IMG/VR virus record: IMGVR_UViG_3300028840_004242
Location: 1-64,000 of that record
DNA from: an uncultured virus (IMG/VR IMGVR_UViG_3300028840_004242)
Lineage: Duplodnaviria > Heunggongvirae > Uroviricota > Caudoviricetes
Reading direction: 5' to 3' (one strand)
Length of the DNA stretch: 64,000 bases
In this document: piece after piece, positions 48,538-58,614 of the stretch
Position numbering within the stretch: the first letter of the stretch is position 1
Layout: each line of letters opens with the position of its first letter
Program-made: the position numbers and the translations under genes
The notes under the pieces: generated by a model
Told to the model about the DNA's origin: nothing
Database searches by the model: none
Seen by the model: the letters and a program-made list of their open reading frames with translations, nothing else

Positions 48538-49110
48538 TTAACCTTCTAACTTATAATATATACGCCTAACGACACGAGCGTCGAACATAGCACCATGAAA
48601 ATTATCATCTTTCATTTCAAAACCCATCGCTTTTGCCAATGTATTTAACCTAAAGTTAGGTAACAGACCACGTTTGTCTTGCAAAGCCCAGGCAGCTATT
48701 GTCATCACGTCTAAATAGGGAAACCAAAAGAAGCTACCAAAGAATTTGTCGTCATGGTTCATCCAGAGGCGTCGGCAGAACCTGTAATCAAACTCAGCAT
48801 TGTAAGCTACAAAGAACATTTTATCATCACTATCAAACTTGTCAACCCATTCACTCAGCCATGCTTCAAACATCTCTTTGAGTTCTATCTGTGTGTTTTT
48901 ATAGTTACAGATTTCCTCCACTGTTTTACCACATGCTGTGAGGGCTTCTGTATTAATAGGAGCACCTTTAGGAGGTCGTGCCTTCATATGGAACTTATCT
49001 TTCTGCACCCCATCTACATCAAGTATGCACCCTAATTCCCATATGTGATGTTTACTTTCAAATATACCTGTGGTTTCAACGTCGAGAAAGAGCATCTTTT
49101 TTTCACTCAT
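48538..49110 (-). CDS. DEDDh 3'-5' exonuclease (DnaQ-like)
   Basis: FLDVETTG; VAYNAEFD; FHGAMFD. Confidence 0.88.
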   Translation of the reverse strand: MSEKKMLFLDVETTGIFESKHHIWELGCILDVDGVQKDKFHMKARPPKGAPINTEALTACGKTVEEICNYKNTQIELKEMFEAWLSEWVDKFDSDDKMFFVAYNAEFDYRFCRRLWMNHDDKFFGSFFWFPYLDVMTIAAWALQDKRGLLPNFRLNTLAKAMGFEMKDDNFHGAMFDARVVRRIYYKLEG

Positions 49111-49395
49111 GAATTAGGTCCTCCCTTTGTGGCCATAATATTACTGATTCTTCTGGGTGAAGTTTGCATGGAACAACTGTGAGTTTTACACTATAGGGCG
49201 GCATCCTTTTCAATACAATCAAGAGTCTGGTTCCACACTTCCCACATCTACCTTCAAAATCATATTCCCTCTTACCTTCGTGTTTGTATTGTTTAGCCAT
49301 CTTGTTCCTCCTTGATGTCAATACGAATAATCTTACCTACCCAGTATGCTTTCACCGTTGTGTGGTCCTCATAAAGGTCAATTCTCTTCTGACCA

Positions 49396-49593
49396 TCAGC
49401 TACTCTTGTGTAGGCTTCTTGGATCATTTCCATTGTGTCCATCAATCATCCTCCTAAAGTATCTGTTGAAGTCACCACCTTCACGTACCCAAAAGTAAGA
49501 CATCACCAACCGTGCTTTTACCTTTCTGAAGTAAGCCTCACGGTGTAAGCCTGCTTTGCCATGTCCTGGATTGCCTGCTAAGTAGAGTTTCAT
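49396..49593 (-). CDS. Small MKxYxAG-family protein 1
   Basis: MKLYLAGN...RLVMSYFW. Confidence 0.55.
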   Translation of the reverse strand: MKLYLAGNPGHGKAGLHREAYFRKVKARLVMSYFWVREGGDFNRYFRRMIDGHNGNDPRSLHKSS

Positions 49594-49742
49594 ATTTTAT
49601 CAAACAGCCTTAATACACAGGTGGTAAATAAGGCCGTCATGCAGATTAAACCAATAGCTCTCCACACAATATTACCTATTTTGTGCCAGTTAATTCCTGG
49701 GCTTGGTTTTAGACTTGGTGGTACATATCCCATAATTCACCA

Positions 49743-52388
49743 TCAATAATTTAAATCATATATCTTTCCTGACTCTACACCTACGAAGTCACCATTCTTA
49801 TTCATCGTCACTTCCTCTTTCGTGTACCAATTAGCATTGATAGGTGTAAATTCAAATTCCATTATAAGTGGTACAATAATCCAATCAAATTCATCTCGTA
49901 TGTCTTTCTCTGCTACTTGGCGTATAGTTTCAACCACCATCTCTTGTTCAGGAGGATAAGTATCAAACATCATACTGTCATGTACTTGACTGAGCAACTC
50001 GCTGTCCCAGTTTTCATCCCTTGCTATGTCATCACACCTGTTACATGACCACAGTAGGCAGTGAAAAGCGGTTGCCTGTATAGGTGTGTTGATAACTTCA
50101 TTCATGGATAAGTAGCCACTCCTTCTATGTCCAAAATAAGTAGTTACATATCCCTTTTTTACATAATCACGAATCACCTTTTCTTGCCATTGTTTAGTTT
50201 TCTTAAAACGGTTCCAGTAACGGCGTTCGTAGTTCTTACAGTGAGTCTCAAAGCGATCATAAGAGGCTATGTCTTTAGATCTTAACCACTCTTTCATTAG
50301 CTCACCTTCAACTGTTTTCAGTCCTCCTTCTACAACTGAACTCCAGAGGTGCTTTGCACAATTACCATAGTAGGAGCCATATAACTGTGGAAATACCCAT
50401 TGATTCTTACTGTAAAATCTTACTGCACCCGTAACCTGCTTACTGTCCAACTTAAATACCTCTGCCGCACAATCACGGTGCATGTCAGCACCTGGGGTGA
50501 CGATATAGTTTATCCATTCAGGGTCCTCTGTATAGCATCCAGCGATTCTGACTTCTTGGCTTCCATAGTCAGACTCAATAAATCTAAAGTCATCTGAAGG
50601 GATGATTCCAGTTCTACAAGTACGTTTTGCATCCTCTTCACGGACCGGAATATTATGCAGATTAGGATTGTTTGAGCTACTACGGTAAGTGCGAGCGATA
50701 TGAAGATTAAAGAAGCTGTGGACTCGTCCATTGTATTCCTCCCTTAGAAATTGTGCTAAGTAGGTATCTTTGATCTTTTTAGATCGCCTGTGCTGTAATA
50801 TTCTCTGAGTGAAATCAGTATTTATCTCGTCTAATACCTCAACGTCTACACTCTCCTGCTGACCTGTTTTAGTTTTCTTAACAGGAGGATATTTTAAGAT
50901 ATTGAACAGTAAGTGGCGAACGTCAGAGCCTGAGCTATGGTTGAAGGGCTTACCTGTCTTAGATCTGAACTTTTTTGCTTCAGGAGAATTTAGTATCATT
51001 CTATCCAGCCTCTTCATCTTATTCTCAAGCCTGACATCCTCCTTTTTGTAGTAATTTATATCAACAGGAACCCCACGCCGTTGCATATTATTGAAGGTGT
51101 AGATAGAGCGTTGGTAGAAGCTGCGGGCTCTTTCAAGCTCTAAATTTTGCTCTAAATATTGTTTCTGTAGGAAATACAGTTTGCGAGTGAAGATACAATC
51201 CATCCCACAGTAAAGCATCAGCTTTTCAAGTGGTGCATTATCAATATCATTATACTCTACTGTGTTGTCCGTTTCTAGGTAAGGTCTAATCTCATCTTCA
51301 TACCCCTCAACACCAAAATTGAGGAAGGTTTGAAATTTGAGCCCAGTAAAGTATTTCCTATCGTCTATTAAGTGAGCTGTGTTCATCGTACACCAGCTCA
51401 AGTTTCGAGGTCTAACTCCAGCTCTTATTGTGCTCCAGAGGTCCTCATATGCTACATTGTGGGCTATTTTCTTTACGGGTTCCCATGTTAGAACTCTTCT
51501 CCATAACCTTAGCACTTTATTTTGCTCATTTTCTTTCCAATAGTTAGGCTTCTCTAAGGGAAACACATAAGCATCTTCATCAAAAGAGAGACCTACACAG
51601 TGAATCCTGTGCTCAGGTTTAAATGGTTTACGACCTGTAGTTTCGTAGTCGAAGGACATGATAGCATTATTCATATCCAGTATTTTATGGACTAATTCCT
51701 CAACCTCTTTTATTTTGTAAAGCAAATGAACATTCTTTTCATAATTTTTATATAGAGGTAGTGGAGTTTTCCATTTAAGGGCTTCCTTTAGATCTCTTTC
51801 AAAGGTAGCTTGTATGTTGGGATCCTTTTGTCCTCTCATAGCCCAACTGGGGTGAAACATAGGATGTACCCAGAGCATGTGTTTCATATCAGGCACATGC
51901 AACCCTCTCCACCTTGTTATTGCTCGCTTGTCAAACCTATCTCCATATAAGCTGTCTATCGCATAGCCTCCCATTGTCCAGAGGTGGTCAAATTTATATT
52001 CTTCCAGTGCTTTGAGAACATAAGGACGGCAGCAGTTTATCTCTTTCATGGAGGGCTTTGCGTTCTTGGGCTTGCGGCAGTTGATAGCGTTAAGCATGTA
52101 GCAATCGCGATGTAGACTGATTCCTAAAGATGATAATTTATTGGCTAAGAAAGTGCCAGCCTCCCCCACCAGCTGTGTTCCTTTTATGTCTTCCGTTTCC
52201 CCAGGCTCTTCACATAGTATGAAGATTCCTTTTTCACCCTTTCCACCTACAGGCATTTTAGGTGTCTTAGGCCAAGTATGTAGCCCACATGCCTTGCAAT
52301 CAGGCTCTCCTGGTGTGTTATATTTTATATCAAGAGCTGACTTTCGTGGTGCCTTCTTTTCGAATGTAAAGAAACCTTTATTTGCCAT
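49743..52388 (-). CDS. polA: Family A DNA polymerase with N-terminal family-4 uracil-DNA-glycosylase-like domain
   Basis: UDG4 motifs (CKACGL, EEPG, NAINCR, CCRPY, FHPS); exonuclease FDYETTG; polymerase motifs SDYGSQEVR, RFYSK...LYG, QVHDS. Confidence 0.92.
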   Translation of the reverse strand: MANKGFFTFEKKAPRKSALDIKYNTPGEPDCKACGLHTWPKTPKMPVGGKGEKGIFILCEEPGETEDIKGTQLVGEAGTFLANKLSSLGISLHRDCYMLNAINCRKPKNAKPSMKEINCCRPYVLKALEEYKFDHLWTMGGYAIDSLYGDRFDKRAITRWRGLHVPDMKHMLWVHPMFHPSWAMRGQKDPNIQATFERDLKEALKWKTPLPLYKNYEKNVHLLYKIKEVEELVHKILDMNNAIMSFDYETTGRKPFKPEHRIHCVGLSFDEDAYVFPLEKPNYWKENEQNKVLRLWRRVLTWEPVKKIAHNVAYEDLWSTIRAGVRPRNLSWCTMNTAHLIDDRKYFTGLKFQTFLNFGVEGYEDEIRPYLETDNTVEYNDIDNAPLEKLMLYCGMDCIFTRKLYFLQKQYLEQNLELERARSFYQRSIYTFNNMQRRGVPVDINYYKKEDVRLENKMKRLDRMILNSPEAKKFRSKTGKPFNHSSGSDVRHLLFNILKYPPVKKTKTGQQESVDVEVLDEINTDFTQRILQHRRSKKIKDTYLAQFLREEYNGRVHSFFNLHIARTYRSSSNNPNLHNIPVREEDAKRTCRTGIIPSDDFRFIESDYGSQEVRIAGCYTEDPEWINYIVTPGADMHRDCAAEVFKLDSKQVTGAVRFYSKNQWVFPQLYGSYYGNCAKHLWSSVVEGGLKTVEGELMKEWLRSKDIASYDRFETHCKNYERRYWNRFKKTKQWQEKVIRDYVKKGYVTTYFGHRRSGYLSMNEVINTPIQATAFHCLLWSCNRCDDIARDENWDSELLSQVHDSMMFDTYPPEQEMVVETIRQVAEKDIRDEFDWIIVPLIMEFEFTPINANWYTKEEVTMNKNGDFVGVESGKIYDLNY

Positions 52389-52569
52389 TGCTGAAGTCGT
52401 TCACTCCTTTGTAGTTAATTTCCTCTATCCGTTTGTAGTGTTTCAGCGTGATGAGGCACTTCTTGAGGTAGAAGAAGGTTACAAGTCTGTTTTTGATTCC
52501 AGATGCTTCCAGCCCTTCTTCCCGTGTGCGTTGTAGCCCTGCTGGTACTCCTGCAAAGTAGATTTTCAT
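52378..52569 (-). CDS. Small MKxYxAG-family protein 2
   Basis: MKIYFAGV...NRLVTFFY. Confidence 0.55.
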   Translation of the reverse strand: MKIYFAGVPAGLQRTREEGLEASGIKNRLVTFFYLKKCLITLKHYKRIEEINYKGVNDFSNGK

Positions 52570-52757
52570 TTGCTTATCTTATAGATGATTCCAAGTACAA
52601 AGGATAATATTGACCAAAGCAGCACTTTAATTTCTCCAATGTCAGATAGAGGTTGGGTAGAAATCCAATCGTATCTAAAGTTATGTATTTCATTCCAACT
52701 CACTATACCTATTAAAAATAGGAAAAACCATCCAAGTAGGTAGAAAAGAACTTGCAT
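52566..52757 (-). CDS. Small two-TM membrane protein
   Basis: Two hydrophobic segments. Confidence 0.5.
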   Translation of the reverse strand: MQVLFYLLGWFFLFLIGIVSWNEIHNFRYDWISTQPLSDIGEIKVLLWSILSFVLGIIYKISK

Positions 52758-52758
52758 C

Positions 52759-53775
52759 TTATTGTTCCGGTAAGCTAATTATATGTTGAAATCGTTCGCT
52801 CTTAAAGTAAGCTAGGTCATCTGTGGCAACCATTGTGGTTGCTTTCTCAAGTACTTGGCTGAGGAAGAAAGGGTTGATGAAGAAATGGAACTCCTTATCA
52901 CTTTCGAAGTCAACGAAGTCCTCAATCTCCCCTACGCTCTTCTCTGCCTTGCACTTTATCTTGTCCTTCTCTATAATCACTTCAACCCGTTTGTCTAAAT
53001 CAATCTTACCTTCCGCCATAAACACTACAGATTCTATTAAGGGCTTTAGCTCTGTAGGTAGTGTGAGTTCTGTGCCCTGAACGTCAAAGTATTCTAAAAC
53101 GTCAGGGTATTTATCTTCCATCACCCTTGCTGAAAACGTAACATCTTTGCCAGTCTTAAAATGCACCCAATTCTTCTTCAGACAAACTTTAGTGATGTCA
53201 AAATTGATCAAGTCAGCTACCGACCTAGCTGGTATCAGCGTAGAGAATCCTGTGCCTGAGGGAAGTGTATAAAGGGAGATACGTGCTTCATCAGAGCTTG
53301 CAAGGTAAGTGTCGTTTACATATACACAGGTGCCTGCTCCCTTTGTCATGTCCTTACTGGCGCTAAACATGCAGAGGAACATTCCTTTTACGAACTCCCT
53401 TGGTAGCCTCTGCCATTCTTCTATTTTATCCAATTCCAGCATTTCGATCATCTTCTCTGCATCCCTCTCCACTTCTGTGCTCAACTTCGCCTCCCTGCTG
53501 CTCGTTTTAACGAGCATTTTATCATCTTCCATTTCAAGTTTAACAGCTTGGTTCCCACGGGTGCCAGTTAGGGTTTTATACAGATCATCAGCTATGACGC
53601 TACATTGGAAGTCAGTTTGGAGAGGATGGCTTACACAGATTTCATCATTATATGTCATCACTGCGTTGCCACTGAAAATGAAATGAGTAAACTGTTCTAT
53701 GATTCCCTTGCTTGCCAGTCCAGGTTTAACTGCTTGGAGTATCTCCAGCAGGTCGTTCTTTTCCATTAGTTCCAT
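52759..53775 (-). CDS. DNA sliding clamp (beta-clamp-like)
   Basis: 338 aa; LLEILQAVKPGL start; ASSDEARIS; MEDKYPDV; FFINPFFLSQVL resemble DnaN repeats; near polymerase and clamp loader. Confidence 0.75.
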   Translation of the reverse strand: MELMEKNDLLEILQAVKPGLASKGIIEQFTHFIFSGNAVMTYNDEICVSHPLQTDFQCSVIADDLYKTLTGTRGNQAVKLEMEDDKMLVKTSSREAKLSTEVERDAEKMIEMLELDKIEEWQRLPREFVKGMFLCMFSASKDMTKGAGTCVYVNDTYLASSDEARISLYTLPSGTGFSTLIPARSVADLINFDITKVCLKKNWVHFKTGKDVTFSARVMEDKYPDVLEYFDVQGTELTLPTELKPLIESVVFMAEGKIDLDKRVEVIIEKDKIKCKAEKSVGEIEDFVDFESDKEFHFFINPFFLSQVLEKATTMVATDDLAYFKSERFQHIISLPEQ

Positions 53776-53953
53776 TTAGCTTCCCCCTTTCATAAGGTAT
53801 TCCTGTTGCTAACTCCCAGCTCTTTCTGCGAAATTGAAAGCCTCCATGTTCTAAATCATAGTAACTAAAAAGGACTCTCTGGGTAGCACCATGCAAGGCC
53901 CGTACATGATGCTCCCAGAGGTCACTTCCCACTGCCGCGAAGTATATTTTCAA
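53726..53953 (-). CDS. Small MKxYxAG-family protein 3
   Basis: MKIYFAAV...RVLFSYYD. Confidence 0.55.
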   Translation of the reverse strand: MKIYFAAVGSDLWEHHVRALHGATQRVLFSYYDLEHGGFQFRRKSWELATGIPYERGKLNGTNGKERPAGDTPSS

Positions 53954-54103
53954 GGTAGGATTATTCCTCCTTTACTTCTGCGTTCAGGTAATAACTTTTT
54001 TACGCCGCCTTCTGTGCGTAGAGCAATTAATATGGACTCCACGGTGGGTAGAAATTTGTTATCTGACTTTCGGAAGTGTCGGACACCCTGCTTAAGGGCA
54101 TTC

Positions 54104-54304
54104 TCAATCGTCATTATCAGCTTTCGGGCGTCCTGCTCTGGATTCCTCACTAACTTTGATGACATTCTTTGCTCCTTTTCTATGGTAAAAGCTGGCAAGT
54201 CTGTTGTAGGAACTATAGCCATTCTTCAGTACATACTCTTTCATAGCTCGTTCCTTCTGTATGTCATTCATTACAGGGAAATTGCCAGCCATATATAGTA
54301 TCAT
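54104..54304 (-). CDS. Small MKxYxAG-family protein 4
   Basis: MILYMAGN...NRLASFYH. Confidence 0.55.
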   Translation of the reverse strand: MILYMAGNFPVMNDIQKERAMKEYVLKNGYSSYNRLASFYHRKGAKNVIKVSEESRAGRPKADNDD

Positions 54305-54491
54305 TTAGATTGATCCACTAAGACAGTTATTCTTCCTTTTATTGTTAAAAAGGATAGTTTCAGTAATCTCCATCCTACTCTCCTTGCTTCTTTCCTAGAG
54401 ATATTTAGAATTACCATTTGTTTAGGTAGGGTAGTAGTGGTTACTGGAATTTTACTCGTAGAAGAATCAGTTTTATTATTTGATGTATTAG

Positions 54492-55679
54492 TCAAAATAA
54501 GTTGAATCCTTTCGGCATTTTGTGGCGCTTGAAAGCCCAAGGCCAGTCAGGTTGACTCTTTTCTAAATCTAGATAGTAAAGTATGTTCAATTCATCTCTT
54601 ACTCTGTAGTCAGTAGCAAGGCCCTTTTCAATTTCGATTTCAACTTCCCGTTCTTTATCTCCTTTTCTTCCACTAACGAATCTCTCATTATCCTGGAGGT
54701 CGTAGCCATTGCCGACAAGTTTATACTTACAACTTCCAAGTCGGAAACCTTTTTCGTGGTAGTAATTAAGGATGAAATTTCGTTCAGCAGGTGAGTAATT
54801 TGAGATATGTTTTCCCTGCATCTCTTTAAACGGACTTCTATCTGAAACTGCAACGCTGTGGGGCGAGACGTTGTAGACACGTTTACCTCCTTTTGTTCTT
54901 GGAGTCAATACTATACCATACTTACCATATTTTACCCAGCTGGCACTATCCACACTGTACCAGGGATAGCGACTAACAAGTTCAGGTGCTGTCACCGCGA
55001 AGCCATGTACTTTAACCCGCGGGATGCCATTGTCGTAGGTCAACAGGTAATCCCAAATGTCATCCAACGGAGGTATAATAACTGAAGTAGGGTTAGGAAC
55101 CAATCCACCTATTGCTATGTACTCATAGCCTTTAGCTAGATACATCTCAAGCCATTTGATCTCGCATCCAAAATGCCAAACAGGTATAGGCTTTAGGCCT
55201 TTGCTCTCCATATACTGCTGATTCTCCCAGGTAGCTTCTGCATTATTAATCACATCAAGTACGGCATAGACTTCTAGGTTAGGAAGGTACTCCTTAATAA
55301 ACATGGTATACTTGCGACGATAGATTTTGTATTCGTTCATCTCAAGGAAGCTGAAGTCATCATGCTTCCTGTCCTTTAGGTAACTTCCCATGTAAGTGTG
55401 AGCACCTCCTTCTTTGTTTCTCACAAGGGAGTTATAAAGGCTAGGAGCCCCAGAGTCCATAAATATCTTTACATCGTCATATTTCACCATATACTTTATC
55501 CTTTCCCATAAATCCCTTACAGTTCTATCCCGTACCTGAAGTAGCTTAATTGCGGTGTGAGGTCTCATTCCTATTCTAGGAGTAGCAGGAGGTTTGCTTA
55601 TAGCATTTCCCAGCTCTTCTCTTAGATTGAGTATATCGTAAGTGCCTTCAATGCTGAAATGATTATTATAGAGTTTCAT
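54492..55679 (-). CDS. dpdA: DpdA/TGT-like DNA transglycosylase (7-deazaguanine insertion)
   Basis: IFMDSGA; LDVIN; PIPVWH; IAIGGLV; KVHGFAV; PWYSVDSASW (TGT-type TIM barrel); clustered with folE/queD/queE. Confidence 0.72.
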   Translation of the reverse strand: MKLYNNHFSIEGTYDILNLREELGNAISKPPATPRIGMRPHTAIKLLQVRDRTVRDLWERIKYMVKYDDVKIFMDSGAPSLYNSLVRNKEGGAHTYMGSYLKDRKHDDFSFLEMNEYKIYRRKYTMFIKEYLPNLEVYAVLDVINNAEATWENQQYMESKGLKPIPVWHFGCEIKWLEMYLAKGYEYIAIGGLVPNPTSVIIPPLDDIWDYLLTYDNGIPRVKVHGFAVTAPELVSRYPWYSVDSASWVKYGKYGIVLTPRTKGGKRVYNVSPHSVAVSDRSPFKEMQGKHISNYSPAERNFILNYYHEKGFRLGSCKYKLVGNGYDLQDNERFVSGRKGDKEREVEIEIEKGLATDYRVRDELNILYYLDLEKSQPDWPWAFKRHKMPKGFNLF

Positions 55680-55942
55680 TCCATGTATGTTCTTTCCGTT
55701 GTGTCTTCCTCTTTTTCACGTTCAGGACAGGGAACCTCTTCTCCAGTTTCAGAATCAATACACTTATAAATAAACACTCTCTTCCTCTTATTATGAGGCC
55801 TAATAGGTCTCGTTGTGTGGATTCCTTCGCTCTCAATTCTTTTGTTATCAATATATATTTGGCGAGTACTTTTGGGCAAGTCACCTGCCTGACTTATCAT
55901 CACTGTTGCTAACAGTATAACAGCTATCCTTAGTACCTTCAC
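55676..55942 (-). CDS. Small secreted protein
   Basis: Signal peptide MKVLRIAVILLATVMISQA. Confidence 0.5.
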   Translation of the reverse strand: MKVLRIAVILLATVMISQAGDLPKSTRQIYIDNKRIESEGIHTTRPIRPHNKRKRVFIYKCIDSETGEEVPCPEREKEEDTTERTYME

Positions 55943-56982
55943 AATTCCTCCAATATAGTTAGCATTTTCTCTATGGCAAACTTTCCTTTCATTATAAACT
56001 TTTGTGCCAGTATTTGAGCCATCACTTGCATGGCTTCAAAGTATTGTTCATCTGTTACCATCTTTACAATCATACCTACGCATTGACCAAAATTGTGAAA
56101 GCGAAACTCTGCAGGGTACAGCTCTTGGTAGCTTAGTCTGTTTGGTACCAGAGGAATACACCCACACATCACAGCCTCTTGCATAGCTATACCCCAAGTT
56201 TCCTGCTCTGCAAAGCTCACTGCTATGCTTCCATTATTCAGCATATTGTAGTATTCTTGTTTACTCTTTATCATATCCTTAGTCTTGAAAAAGTTCCATT
56301 TGCTGAAGTCAACATCAGACTCACGACATGCTTTCTCTAGTTCATCAAACATGTGAGGATTCTTTTCTATGTCCAGTCGGTGTGGAAATAATATGTCCTG
56401 TCTAGGACGAGGGTTAGGATTAGCAAACTCAGGATAGATAGGCAGACCTGTGATGTGTATTTTATTATCTATATCATGTGGTTTACTGGGTGTCCATCCT
56501 CTTTGTTCTAATATTAGATTTTTATGAAATTGAGTAGCTACAAATATATGATCGATAAACTCCAACCATCCTCTTTCAATCCACTGTGCCCACCTCGTCA
56601 TTCCTACTCTGTGGAGCATGTCGTGTTCGTCATAGCTACCAGCATGTAGTATGCCAGCTATTTTGAAATCAATTTTCAGTGCATCTCTCATATAGGCTAA
56701 CATTTCAATACCAGGAAACCAGAGGTCGTGAAATAGGAATGTGTCGCCTGGCATTACTTTATTCATCCAGAATAGTTGACAGATAGTGGATAATTGGTTA
56801 GCTTTAAAATGATTGGTAGTTATGACATCAAGGAAGCTACCCTGCTCTATTTTGTTAGATAGTGGAGTGGGATATACAGTTTTGCTCTCGATTTTCAATC
56901 GTTTAAGCTCTTCAGGGAACCATTTGTTCCACTGTTTACTGTACCTCTCCTCAAGACTTTCGATTGGAATGTTGTAAATCAT
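55939..56982 (-). CDS. GT-B glycosyltransferase in the deazaguanine cluster
   Basis: ILFPHRLDIEKNP; QETWGIAMQEAVMCGCIPLVPNRLSYQE. Confidence 0.8.
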   Translation of the reverse strand: MIYNIPIESLEERYSKQWNKWFPEELKRLKIESKTVYPTPLSNKIEQGSFLDVITTNHFKANQLSTICQLFWMNKVMPGDTFLFHDLWFPGIEMLAYMRDALKIDFKIAGILHAGSYDEHDMLHRVGMTRWAQWIERGWLEFIDHIFVATQFHKNLILEQRGWTPSKPHDIDNKIHITGLPIYPEFANPNPRPRQDILFPHRLDIEKNPHMFDELEKACRESDVDFSKWNFFKTKDMIKSKQEYYNMLNNGSIAVSFAEQETWGIAMQEAVMCGCIPLVPNRLSYQELYPAEFRFHNFGQCVGMIVKMVTDEQYFEAMQVMAQILAQKFIMKGKFAIEKMLTILEEL

Positions 56983-58322
56983 ATTATCCCCAGTCTGGCA
57001 AGTATAGCATAAAAGGTTGCAGAGTCTGCTATACTGATGCCTTCTTTAAGATTGCGTAGAATATTTTCCCATACTGTACCTGAATTAGGTATGCCTATAT
57101 CAGGAAGTCTGTAAAGATTGATGTAATAATCTAAATCTTCGTGGTCTTGTCTGTGTTTTATGAGTTGAGATAGGAAACTGTTAGGCAGGTAACTGGGAAG
57201 CAAACGCATCGGTCTACTTGAAATGAACTTACCTCTCTTCTTGAGTTGTGAGTAATCTTTAGTTCCATGATAGGGCTGAAAGAATTGTCCTAATCCCCCT
57301 TCAGTTCCATTAGTACGGACCCGTCCATACAGCTCTTCAGGTTTAAAACCATGCTCTCTTAAAAACTTTCCAGTTTCGTTTAGAGTTTTCAGCGTTTCAC
57401 CTGGGAAGAACGTCAGGGCTAACCAGAATATATCAACTGAGCATTTCTCAGAAAGTTCCTTGCATTTATTGACAGGGGCTTTACCCATCTTCTTACCTAA
57501 GTCAGGGTCGGCCGTCTCCATGCCTATTTCAATCAACTTCATACCACTGTCTGTGAGCACCTCATTACCATGAAGGTCAATAAAACGGTTTACAGTGGTT
57601 ACTTCACCTAGAGCGATAAAATTAAAACTTCCTAACCGTGCAGCATGATTCAGTATTTCAAATGCTCTTTGGTGATCGAAAAAGAAGTCCTCATCTGTAA
57701 AATGAATGTTATTGATATCTCTTTCTATACAGTGATCGAGCATCATTTTGACATCTTCTATGGGAATTACTATTCTCTTCCTACCACAGTTAACCGTAGA
57801 GGGACAGAAAGCGCAGCCTCTTGGACAACCATATGAGGTAAACAGTGGATATACCTGCCCCTCATACTTTGTAAGATGCATATCACAATCACTCAACAGC
57901 AGATGTTTTAGTGAGGCATAGCATTGAGGATAATTGTACATTCCTGCCAATATCATTTCTTCTTTAGGATACCAGTGCTTTAATTTAAGGTGTTTAATTA
58001 AAGGTGTGTACCCAAAGAAAATAGGCTGTTTAGGAAGGAACTTATTGAGCATGAGGCAGAGATCTATCTGCGGATATGACCAAAGAGCTACCAAATAGTC
58101 CTCTGCCTTTGGTATTCTGTTAATTTGTGCCATAGTGAAGTCTTCCATTAGCCATGCGTTCTGTTTTAAGGCTATGCTGTTGTAGACAATATAGGGAAGA
58201 TAACAGAAGCTGCCTCGGTTGACTTCTGGACTTGTGGGATCAATAACTACTACTTTCATAGGTTTACCTTGGTTCGAATGTTCTGTAGTATTCTGCTCCA
58301 TTTTCACCATCCTCAAATACAC
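56979..58322 (-). CDS. Radical SAM protein with probable cobalamin-binding N-domain (class B-like)
   Basis: TSYGCPRGCAFC (CxxxCxxC); IHFTDEDF; IGMET; FPGET. Likely start MKVVVIDP at 58259. Confidence 0.8.
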   Translation of the reverse strand: MYLRMVKMEQNTTEHSNQGKPMKVVVIDPTSPEVNRGSFCYLPYIVYNSIALKQNAWLMEDFTMAQINRIPKAEDYLVALWSYPQIDLCLMLNKFLPKQPIFFGYTPLIKHLKLKHWYPKEEMILAGMYNYPQCYASLKHLLLSDCDMHLTKYEGQVYPLFTSYGCPRGCAFCPSTVNCGRKRIVIPIEDVKMMLDHCIERDINNIHFTDEDFFFDHQRAFEILNHAARLGSFNFIALGEVTTVNRFIDLHGNEVLTDSGMKLIEIGMETADPDLGKKMGKAPVNKCKELSEKCSVDIFWLALTFFPGETLKTLNETGKFLREHGFKPEELYGRVRTNGTEGGLGQFFQPYHGTKDYSQLKKRGKFISSRPMRLLPSYLPNSFLSQLIKHRQDHEDLDYYINLYRLPDIGIPNSGTVWENILRNLKEGISIADSATFYAILARLGII

Positions 58323-58614
58323 TCACATAGTCAGCCTTAAAGTGGTCTGCGAGCTGTTTACATATCATCTCGCAACTCCTATGCCCTAGGTCCATTGTCA
58401 TATTTGCATTGATATATTCCTGTACTTCCCATTTCATCATGAAGAATTCTATATCTCTATCGTCATGATGAACAATCCACTTCATCTCTACATGGAACAT
58501 GTGACGATGGGGCTCTCTTAGGAAAGCTACTTCATCCGGTGCGCTAGGCCAACAATGCAAGGCTTCAAATTGAGTTCTAATTACAACGAATGTTTTAGGC
58601 ATTACTTCCTCCAA
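58264..58614 (-). CDS. dpdL: QueD-like T-fold protein, probable DpdL (CDG decarboxylase)
   Basis: FEALHCW; LREPHRHMF (LxxxHRHxF); SCEMIC; VSVFEDGENGA. Confidence 0.6.
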   Translation of the reverse strand: MEEVMPKTFVVIRTQFEALHCWPSAPDEVAFLREPHRHMFHVEMKWIVHHDDRDIEFFMMKWEVQEYINANMTMDLGHRSCEMICKQLADHFKADYVSVFEDGENGAEYYRTFEPR

